Positions 28,154 to 38,967 of a stretch of DNA of 64,000 nucleotides are shown in pieces. Numbering within the stretch: the stretch's first letter is position 1; every line of letters begins with the position of its first letter. Both the position numbers and the translations under genes were made by a program. The DNA is from Azolla caroliniana (Eukaryota > Plantae > Polypodiophyta), in the NCBI GenBank assembly GCA_043228905.1, contig JBHGNT010000007.1:8370001-8434000 (forward strand), given 5' to 3'. Under the pieces are notes generated by a model. It was not told the origin of the DNA. It did no database searches and worked only from the letters and a program-made list of their open reading frames with translations.

Positions 28154-28923
28154 TGTTGGGAGACAGGTCCCTCCGGATGGGAAGGGAGAAGAACAGTGCC
28201 GACGAACTAACTCGGCCGAGGCCGAAACCGGTATGGACCGGATGGGGAGTACCCGACTGCGGAGAGCCGGATGGTGTAGGCCCGGTAAGGACCGGATGGG
28301 GAGTACTCGACTGCGGAGAGCCGGATGGTGTAGGCCCGGTATGGACCGGATGGGGAGTACCCGACTGCGGAGAGCCGGATGGTGTAGGTCCGGTATGGAC
28401 CGGATGGGGAGTACCCGACTGCGGAGAGTCGGATGGTGTAGGCCCGGTATGAACCGGAGGAAGAGACATATTCGTAAATATGTTTCTGAGAGCCCATCGA
28501 GGCTACATTTGTAAATAGCCGAAAAGTCATATTAGTATAAATATGACTTAGGGCAAACTTTTTGGGTTGTTGTTATTCTTCCTTGTTGGTGCAAGAAGAA
28601 GAGAGAGCGCGTAACTGTACAGAGAGAGAGAGAGAGAGAGAGAGAGACGAGGTCGTTGCCTCTGTTGTAACCGCCGCCTGTGGCGAAGATCTGAGAGCAC
28701 GAGGTCGTTGCCTCAGTGAACTCACTGTTGTATATTCCTACATAGTGACAGTTTGCAGCCTGTGGGCTGCCGTGGTTTTTCCCTTATTTTGGGGTTTTCC
28801 ACGTAAACCTCCTGTGTACCATTTCCCCCCTTTGTGTCGCGTTTCATTACCTGTTTTTCTGTGTATGAAAAGAAGCTCGGTTGTGGCCGAGCGTCGGACA
28901 TAAGGAACGTCGTGTTCTCAACA
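28154..28923 (+). mobile_element. Solo LTR (770 bp) inserted in the element B RT
   Basis: TGTTG...CAACA ends and a 5-bp TSD ATATG/ATCTG. Removing it restores KYRARL-DANGFRQE. Contains a TATAAAT and a GGGTTTTCCACGT motif. Confidence 0.85.
28228..28456. repeat. 54-bp tandem repeat, about 4 copies, in the solo LTR U3
   Basis: CCGGTATGGACCGGATGGGGAGTACCCGACTGCGGAGAGCCGGATGGTGTAGGC repeated. Confidence 0.95.
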
Positions 28924-31900
28924 ATCTGGCCCTGTACTTTGGGTTGGTTGAGTCAGACGTCTCTTTTAGTCGATAGACCCACTTACATGGATGAGCACGT
29001 CGATTGTTCGGTAATTCGACCAAGTTCCAAGTCTTGTTTGCCTGAATGGAGTGCATTTCCGACTCCATCGCCAGATGCCATGTGGCTGAATCGGCAAATG
29101 CCGATGCTTCTTTGTAAGACGTCGGTTTGCCGACGTCGGTAAAGAAAATTCCGGGAGAGTATCTCTCCGGAGGTTGCAACAATCTCTTGGATTTGCGAGG
29201 TATGACTAGACTAGTCGCACCGGGTGTCGATGTCGGATGGTCGGGAGCTGAGCCATTCAACTATGCCGAATCGGTGGATTCGGTGCGAGAGTTGTCGGTT
29301 ATGGGCTGTGCCGTCATGAAGGGTTGGCACTTCGGAAAATATTACCCTATGGACTTCAATAGGCCTTTCGGCCGTTTTATGCATAGCCGACTCATTGAAC
29401 ACGATGTCCGAACTACGAACGATTTGTCTGTGCTCGGGGTCCTAGAGTCGGTATCCGATCTCGCCGTCGGGTCCATACCTAAGGAAAACGCATTGCCTTG
29501 ATCTTGGTTCGAATTTCCGGCGATCGTCTTTCAGTATGAGGGTGTATGCCTCGCAACCGAAGATCCTCAGCTTGTCATAGTTCGGCTTACTGCCAGTCTA
29601 TATTTCTTGAGGTATTTGAAGTCCTAGAGGTCTACTTGGTGACATATTTATTATGTGTACTGCCGTAAGTAGAGCCTCCGCCAAAAAGCCATTCGACAGT
29701 CCGGAGTGTTGGAGCATGGATACTACGCATTCTTGAATCGTCTGATTCATGCGTTCAACAATTCCGTTCTGCTCCGGACTATAGGGTGCCGTATATTCAC
29801 GTCGAATGCCGCGTTCCCGACAGAATTTGACGAATTCTTCAGACTTCAATTCTCCTCCATTGTCGGTTTGAAGACATTTCAGTTTCCGATCGGTCTGATT
29901 TTCAACCATTGCAAGCCATTTAGAGAAGATCGAGAACACCCGATCTTTGGTTCTGATGGGGTTAGCCCACACCTTCCAAGTCAAGTCGTCAATAAAACTA
30001 ATGAAGTACGAAGCACCGCCGAGAGACTGATGTGGCATCGGGCTACAGACGTCCGAGTGGACCAAATCGAGGGGACTCGATTCTCTTGGTGCTGATGTCG
30101 GGTGTGATGCGGCTACCTGTTTGCCGTACTGGCAATGCTCACAGAATTGATGATCTGAGAAGGAGAGCTTGGGGATGTAACCGGCTCTAGATAGATGCGT
30201 TATGCCGGCCTTGCTGAGGTGTCCAAGTCGTCCCTGCCATAACGATGACACGCGGATATCAACAAAAAATAAGTCACCCTCTTTGAGTGTGACATATAAG
30301 GGGTACAAAGAGTGTACCTTTGGTCCTCGAGCAAGCAGGAGGTTCCCTTTGTGGAGTGTCCACCCTTCTGATGAGAATCTGACACAGATGCCGGCTTCGT
30401 CAAGTTGTCCGACTAAGATCAAGGGACTTGAAAGTTCAGGAATGTGTCGGACATTGTGTAGATGAGTGTAGAGCCACCCGGAAGGTTGAGCTCTACAATG
30501 CCGATTCCGATTATGGCACAGTGTTGCGAGTTCCCGACTTGAACCGAGTCTGAGTGCCGGTCCGAGTATTGCCGAAACTGAGATCGGTGAGGTGTCACAT
30601 GATACGATGCGCCCGAGTCCAGGAGCCATGTGCTTGATTCCTCAGTCATAAGCAGAACTTATGATTCGACTGGGTTCTCTATGGACAATATGTTCGGGTC
30701 GGTCGTCAAAATTTCGGCTGAAGAGCCGACGTAGTTGACCTCCTCATGCCGGCTACTCTTCTGATATGCTCTCTGAGCTTTGTTGGTTTTTGCTTTGAGT
30801 GCCCGACAGTCGGCTTTGATGTGTCCCGGTTTCTTGCAGTAGTTGAAGCTTCGGTTGTCCCGGGACTTGCTCCGGCTTCGCTGATTGTTCGGCGGTTGGG
30901 AAGAACTTCTTCCTCGGTTGTTCGATTGGTCGGTCGAACCTTGTACTACATAAGCTTCATCTACCGAGTCTTTGGCGAAAGACTTTTTCCGAGCTGCTTC
31001 AGTCAGGATTGCGCTCGTGACTTCAGAGTACTTAACGGCAACTGTTGAAGCATTACATACGGTTGTAACGAAAGTTTCCCATGAAGAGGGGAGACTACTC
31101 ATGAGTATCATTGCTTTGAGTTCATCCTCGATTGCCGTCCCCTGAGACGAGATTTGGGAGCTTATGCTTTCGTACTTGTTGAGGTGTGCCTGAACCAAAT
31201 CGGATTCTTTCATCCGCAAGTTGTAGAGGCGCCGGATCAGATACATCTTCGTTGCCGCGACCTTCTTTTCATACGTTTCCGATAGTGTTTTCCAAAGTTC
31301 AAAAGTTGTCGTGCATGATTGCACTGTGAAGTACACTGACTCCGACAAGTGCACCCAAATCGTGGCGTGGACAATTCTGTCCAGCTTTAGCCACTCGTTT
31401 GCCTTGTATGCTTATGGAGGATTTTCATTCTCAATCGGGTCTATCTGACCCTTGACTATGAGATAGTCCTGCATTTGTTACTTCCAGTAGTTGAAGTTTG
31501 AACCGTCGAACCTCCTTAGACTCATCTCCGATGAGCCAGATGTTGATGCCATCTGCTTCGGTTTCGGTTGGTAAGACTCGGTTCGGAGTTGACTACGAAC
31601 CTTAGTGGGGTGCATCCGATCGGCTCACTCGATATCGCTCTAGTCGGTTTTGAACTCGAGTCAGTTTGGTTTCGGATACTTGTTGCTGAACTTGCTCAGA
31701 GTGACTCCGGTAACTTGAGGGACAGAACCGACTGGTCTTCATGAATGTTGCCGAGTCGGAGTGAGCCCGGTTAGCTTTCGATTGTATGCTGAATACCGAT
31801 TACAAGAAACCGATTGTTTGGGCCGATTCTACTTTGGGTGACTGCAACAATGAGAGGGACGGATCCAATTGATCCTCCCGAATGTTGATCAACCGAATGA

Positions 31901-32316
31901 AGCACGAATTTGGTTGTTGCTAGGAGACCAATCTGCAGTGGGTGGTTACAACAAGCGAGTGAATAGTGTTTGGTGACCTATTTGGATGTCGTTTAATTGA
32001 ATGAAGCACGATTGGGTCAGGTGTTGCACAGGGAGCTCGCCTCAAGTGTTTACAATCACAGGAACAGAGTACAACCGGCTAGCTTACTCCAATTAGTGAT
32101 TTAACACAGTGAGATGCAAACTTCTTGTTTGTCTTCTCTCTTCTCTGTTCTTCAAGAAGTTACAAAAAACAGAATGTTGTGGTGTACGATGACGGTCGGT
32201 AGCGGGTCGAAGAACCTTCACGCTCTGGTACCAAATGCTGGGGACAAGGCCGTCAATGCGGAAGTGCAAGCAACATTCTGTTTGAAGAAGAACCTGTGTA
32301 TGCGCATATGCAAGAT

Positions 32317-32399
<83 letters not shown>

Positions 32400-32593
32400 C
32401 ACAAACAAATCGTTATATTCCAATAGCAACAGTTACAAAGAATGACAACCAACCTTTTCTAAAGGTTACAAAGTCACTTTATATAGTGACTGTCCTAGGG
32501 CAACTACCCTTTATGCTATTTACAGAAATAGCCCAAACTTGGGATGTCCAAAGGGACAATGTGAATACGGCCATTATACACTCGTATTCGATA

Positions 32594-32937
32594 GTATTCT
32601 ATACACGTGGATAAGTGTGAGGGTTAAACGAGAGTGTAAAGAAGGGCAGGATTACTTTTAATCCTCGGGATTGAGACAACCCATTAGGACAAGTGTGAAC
32701 TTGCATGGGGTCCTTGGGTCTTGCTATAAATATGAGGCCTAGCTACCCTCATTTTTATAGCAAAACCCAAGGCCCCCAAGCAAGTTCACACTTGACCTAA
32801 TGGGTTGTCTCAATCCCGAGGATTAAAAGTAATCCTCCCCTTCTTTACACTCTCGTTTAATCCTCACACTTATCCACGTGTATAAAATACTACGGTAAAT
32901 TCTCACCACGGGATATTCTATGGTCATGCCCGTAACA
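32594..32937. repeat. Inverted pair of element C U3 halves (foldback of about 185 bp per arm; the left arm begins at 26166 and is split by element B)
   Basis: 26166 TGTTACGGGCATGACC... is the reverse complement of ...GGTCATGCCCGTAACA at 32937; the centre is near 32753. Confidence 0.9.
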
Positions 32938-33992
32938 TAAACTATTAGAGTTATGGTCTAATGTAGGCATATGATAAGGATAAAAGATAGATAGATAGAA
33001 AGAAGAGAGAGAAAGAAGGGTGCAGATCCACCCGACCACCCCTGAGCGAAGGGATCAAGATGGACTCGAGCCTCGATCAACGTCCCATACCACCGCTGTG
33101 GCGTTGAGTCGTACCTGGTGCTGGCGCGCTTGCTACAAGAGTTGACCCACCACAACGTCAGAGTCTCGACATAGTCAAAAGATGATCAAATGAGGGTAGC
33201 TAGGCCTCATATTGATAGCAAGACCCAAGGCCCCCAGGCAAGTTCACACTTGGCCTAATGGGTTGTCTCAATTCTGAGGATTAAAAGTAATCCTCCCCTT
33301 CATTACACTCTCGTTTAACCCTCACACTTATCCACGTGTATAGAATACTACGGAAAATTCTCACCACGGGATATTATATGGTCATGCTCGTAACATAATC
33401 CTCCTCTTTAAAACATTGCACTCTTGCAATGGAAAGTTAGGGAAGTTAGTTCTACTTAAGTATTTTCACGTTCCCATGTGGCATCTTTGATAGATTTATC
33501 CATCCATTTAATTTTAAATTCTCGGATTATTTTAGTACCCAATTTTTTTGTTTTAACATCGAGAATTCTTTTTGGCACATGTGGTTTGGAAGATAATTCT
33601 TCAGAAGTAACTAGAGTTTTAGTTCTAAATGTATTGTCGCAAGAACTTCTAATTTAGACCACTTACATGAAAAAAACTAGATGGATTTCAACGTCATCCA
33701 GGAGAGCAAGACAATAGGCTGATGAACCAATGTGTTTGAGGACATGAAAAGGTCCACAAAACCGTGGGGTTAACTTAGCGCACTTACCCCTAGACAATGT
33801 CTTAGAATTGTGAGGTACATGTAAAAATACCTTCTATTAAGGGTTGAATACACGAGGTTTTCTATTATGATTGGCATAAAAACACGCTCTATCTTGAGCT
33901 ATTTTTATATTATCTCGTGCAATATGCAACATATCTTGCATATCTCGAAGAACGTTTTGCGTACTTCTCAACTCATCATGATGTATATTAAC

Positions 33993-36900
33993 ATGTAAGT
34001 TGCAGCTTCGGCAAGAGCTGAACAACATCCGGTAGAGAGATATGTCGGTTACCGAGTACACCACCAAAATAAAGGAGATTTGTGACGCGCTCGGGTCCAT
34101 CAATGTGATGGTGGACGAACACGAAATGGTACAAGCCAATCCGGACGACGATCTGCACCTATGAGAAGCCACTGTCCTTCTTCGACCTGCTATCGATGTT
34201 GATGGTCGAAGAAAACCACGCGAGTGGGTTGAGGACCACTCAACTGGACAATCAGATGTTGTACACGGAGGCGTACCGGTCATGTGGGCGTGGAGGACGA
34301 GGTGGGTCGGCACACAATGGAGGCGGCTAGCAAGAGCAGAATTGAAGGCACCGAGACAGTGTCGACAGCAGTTCCGGACCCTCCATGATCAGGGGGAGTC
34401 AAAACGGCGCCGGAAACCAGCAAGGGAAGGCCGACACGGAATGTTGGTATTGTGGCAAGAAAGGCCACAGAGAAAGCGAGTGCTGGAAAAAGTGCACGAA
34501 TTCGTACAAATCCAGATCCGACAAGGCCAGATAGGGAAACCGGCAAAGCCTGCACTACATAGAAGGATCGGAAGGATCCGGAACCGGGAAGACCGGTAAA
34601 GGGCCAGCCTTCGTGATGAAGCACAAAGGGAACTCGATGAAGAAGACCACTTCCGGATCAGAGGAAGTGTGGTACATTGATTCCGGAGCATCTAATCACA
34701 TGACGAGCCATGAAGAGTGGTTCTTGTTTTTAGAGAAACCGGAACAACCAGGAATTGTCGAAACCGGAGACGACACCCCTCACCCAATTGTGCATGTCGG
34801 AGAAGTCCCTTTAAGCCATGTTGGACAAAAGGGAAAGCTGATGAACGTACTACACGTTCCGACAATTACAAAGAACCTGGTGTCGGTCGGACAAATCACC
34901 GACTAGGGAATGCAAGTGCGGTTTACGCACCTCAGGTGCTTCATTGAAGAAGAAGGCCAGATAATCGCGCAAGGGCGCCGCGACGAGAGGATGTTCATCC
35001 TCGACACCAACGAAGTAGGCTCCACTATGTTCGCAAAAGGACAGAAGATCGAATCGGACATCGATCTCTGGCACAAGTGGATCGGTCACGTCAATTACCG
35101 GAGGCTTCAGGACCTGCAATCGAAACAAGTTGTTTTCGGTTTGCCAACATTTAGTGGACGGAAGGCCCAAATATGTGAAGCCTGCCAACTCGGAAAGCAA
35201 CGCTGGCTTCCATTCTCCACCAAACGAAACCGAAGCCGTAACAAGCTCGACTTAATCCATTCGGATGTATGGGGACTGACACAGAACGTTAGTCTTGATG
35301 GGAGTTGGTACTTCGTCTCCTTCATCGACGACTACAACCGGCACACTTGGCTCTACCTCATTGAGAGGAAACACGAAGTTTTCGAATGTTTCCGGAACCT
35401 TCAAAGCTTAGTTGAATGGGAAACAGAGAGAAAGATCAAGTGCATGTGGTCGGATGGCGGGAAAGAATATTTTTCCGGCCAACTCAACAGTTATTTGCAA
35501 CAGAAAGGAATTAAGAGAGAATTCAACTGCCGATACACCAGAACAAAACGATGTGGCCGAAAGGAAGAATTGGTCGATTGTCGACGCGGCAAGGGCAATG
35601 CTAGAGGAGAAGAGCATGCCCAAGTTCTATTGGGCTGAGGCGGTCCGAATGACCGTCTACATCCAAAACCGGATCAGAGACAAGAAAGCGAGGAGACGGT
35701 TCACGCGCAAAGAAAAGGGGAAGAAAAGGATGCCGGAATAAGACACTGGCAACGATGAGTCAGATCAGAGTGATTCTGACTCCGGACAAAACGAAGTCAA
35801 ATCTTTAGAAATGAAATCCGAACCGGCGAAGAAAGGCCTCAAACCGGCTGACGAAAAGCTATGCTAGTCAACTTGCCAAAAGAACCCCATAAAACGGTAC
35901 AAATACAATGAGTACATGGCGCATCACTATGCATACATGACCAAGGTGGAGGATGTGCGTGAGCTAGAGAGCTAGCAGAAGCAACGAAAGAAGCAAATTG
36001 GTGTGCTGTTATGGAAGAAGAAATGTGGGCACTTGATGCCAACGACACTCGGGACTTGGTTGACCCTCCCTGATAGTGTAACCGATCGGTTGTAAGTGGG
36101 TATATAAGGTGAAGTACAATGCTGACGGTTTGGTCAACCGGTACAAGGCCTAGTTAGTGGCGAAGGGATACGCACATACCCATGGAATTGACTATGATGA
36201 GACCTTCGCTCCGGTAGCGAAGATGACGACGGTTCGTGTGGTGCTGGCGGTTGCTACGGCAAGGGGGTGGCATCTTCACCAAATGGACGTGAAGAATGCG
36301 TTTCTTCAAGGTTACCTTAAAGAACGGGTCTATATGATCCAACCCCTCGGTTTCCAATCGGAGATGAACAAGTCAGCAGTGTGCTGACTCAAGAAGTCGC
36401 TTTACTGTCTGAAGCAAGCCCCTAAGCTTGGAATGCGAAGATCACACACCGGTTGCGTAAGATGGGGTTTGCGGCCTCAAAGTCTGACTCTTCACTGTTC
36501 ATCTGGAAAGGTCCAGATGGTCTGGTTTGTATCCTACTATATGTAGATGAGTTAGTCATTACATGACCCTAAATCGGTAGAGTGAAGTCCCAGTTGTCGA
36601 ACGCATTTGAAATGAAGGACCTAGGGGACCTTCATTATTTTCTCGAGATCGAGGTGTTCCGAACCCCCGACGGCATATTTCTCTCACAAAGACATTATGT
36701 GTTGAATATGCTGTACAAGTTCGGCATGATGGAATGCCGACCGATCTCCACACCCCTAGACCGGAACCTGAAGCTATGTCCCGACTTGGGACCGGCCTGC
36801 GATGAAAAACGGTTTTGACAAATTGTCGGAAGCCTTATCTACTTGGCAATCACCTGTACCAACATCAGTTATCCAATCATAGTGATCATCCAATTTATGC

Positions 36901-37071
36901 AAAAGCCGACCATGGAGCACCTTCAATGCACGCATAGACGATTGCGATATGTGAGCGGCATGAAGGATCGAGGACTGTTATACTGACACGGTATAGCTAG
37001 GAAGCTAGTCAGATATATGGATGCCGATTGGGCTGGTGATGCATTAGATCGCCGATCCACCTCCGGTTACA
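33993..37071 (+). mobile_element. LTR-less internal fragment of a Copia (A/D family): gag C-terminal half, PR, INT, RT, RH start
   Basis: [67 protein letters not shown]; many stops and frameshifts. Confidence 0.9.
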
Positions 37072-38967
37072 TTCTAATAGACTTGATATAAGGGGAAGTG
37101 CATACCTATTCCGATTGGTGATCTTATTCAAGCCACGGTAATCAACAACGAGACGAAGGGATCCATCTTTCTTTTTGACAAAGAAAATGGGTCCACCGGC
37201 CGGAGATTTTGAATGACGAATAAACCCGCTTGCCAAATTCTCTTTTATGTAGGCTCGAAGGACTTCCAACTCGGTTGGTGACAAGTTGTAAATCGATCCC
37301 CACAGTGGCTCTGTTCCTAGATGTAAATCGATGGGACAATCATAGGGACGATGATGAGGAAGAGTACTAGCTCTGACCTTGTCAAATACATCGGCATAAG
37401 GATGATATTTTGCAGGAAGTTGAACTAAGGATTCCTTTTTAATAGTGCTGGAAGGATGTACCGATATTGCAAATAGAAACATTGACTCCTTGCGTCCTTC
37501 TTCACGTAATTGATGGATCGAAATGGTCGAAACTCGATGAGTACATTCTAGGGGTTGTCGATACCAGACTTCTCTTATTCTCCAATCTATGTCTGGATTA
37601 TGTACTTCAAACCAAGGTAATCCCAAGACAATGGGATGCTCTGGACTACCAATTATATTAAATGATACCACACACACAAAGCTATCTAGGACAACTTGAA
37701 TGGGTTTTGACTCTTCTACGATATTCCCAGGAGCAATGGGACGACCATCAATGACTACTACAGATGCGTGGCAAGGAAGTTTTCTTAAGGATATCTGAGA
37801 AGCTTGGGCAAAATTCCGATCCATGACACAGGAATTGGCTCTGGAAACTAAAAGTGCTAAGACATGTACTGGAGGGGTACTTTTAGTACTAATCATGACT
37901 TGGGCTAAGAACACATTGCTAACTTGCTTAGAGGGAATGGAACCACTAATGGGCTGCAGAGATCTAGGGCTGTCCAACCAAACGGCTCCTATTTTGGCTG
38001 GACTTAGTCGTTTAACTCTTCCTCTAATTGACTAAGGATTTCAAATTTGTTTGAGATACTTGGGCTATCAACACTATTAATACTATCAGACACTCCTAAG
38101 GGAATTGACTCGGGTTTAGTATAGGCTATGATTTGATTTACCTGTCTTCTTGGCCTATGGGGACAGTTGATGGTGATATGCCCTGGTTCACCACAATAAA
38201 GACATAATCGATTTGCACATCATCGTTGCTTTTCTTCTTCCGATAATGGGCCACGTCGACACATGGTGTCGATCTCCATCGGCGTCAGAGTATTTGCCTT
38301 AGATACATCTTGTGGAACCGGTTTAGCTGCGATTGAGGCGTATGTGGGCTCTAGCCTAGTCTGTGGCATTTGAAATTGACGTTCTGAACGTCGTTCGAAA
38401 AGCGGTTGTCGCATTGGACCGCTCAACTGATTGCCTTTGTAAGAGATTTTGGTTCTTTGGGAAAGGTTAAAAATAAATTTTTGACGTCGTTTCGCAAGTC
38501 GTAGCGGAGCTGCTCCATTAGTGCTTGATCATCCCAGGGGATATCTAAGGCGAGTAGACGGAAATCCGCCGCGTAGGCAGAGGCTGGACAATTGCCTTGA
38601 TGCAATCGTCGGATTTTGTTGATCGCCGTTCTGATGCTGTCGGTATCTCCAAAGCAGGCTTTAAACTCGCTAGTAAAGTCTTCAAAGTTATTAAGCACGG
38701 GAGATTGTTTTTCCAAAAGCGGAACGAACCATGCCAAGGGTGAGCCGTTGAGCAACGTGCCTATTAGGCCTACTCGTGATGCATCAGTGGGGTATCAGGA
38801 AGGATACATTTGCATGACTAAGCGTACCTGATTAAGGAATCCTCTAAATTGTGAGCGCGTTCCATCGAATTTCACAAGAAGACCAATCTTGGGCTCTTTA
38901 TGAAGTCCTTGGGGACTTGATCCTTGTTGTTGTAATGCTACGATGGTTGCTTCGAGTTGTTGTACGT

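Larger units (their letters stand above)
26241..32593 (-). mobile_element. Ty1/Copia element B (Tnt1-like, degenerate gag-pol); LTRs ~26241-26590 and 32236-32593 with (GA)n
   Basis: Matching LTRs, PBS TGGTACCAGAGCG 32221-32233, PPT next to 26590; gag 30659-31552, PR WLLDSGAS, INT DLVHSDV/TDNGGE/PEQNG, RT YASAIGSLMYAM, RH. Confidence 0.92.

Noticed and set aside
28146-28530. Repeat ORFs and a CRISPR-like look
   Set aside because: Head-to-tail 54-bp repeat with no unique spacers, inside a solo LTR
26166-32937. MITE or Mutator-like element with long TIRs
   Set aside because: Both arms are copies of the element C LTR U3, not DNA-transposon TIRs
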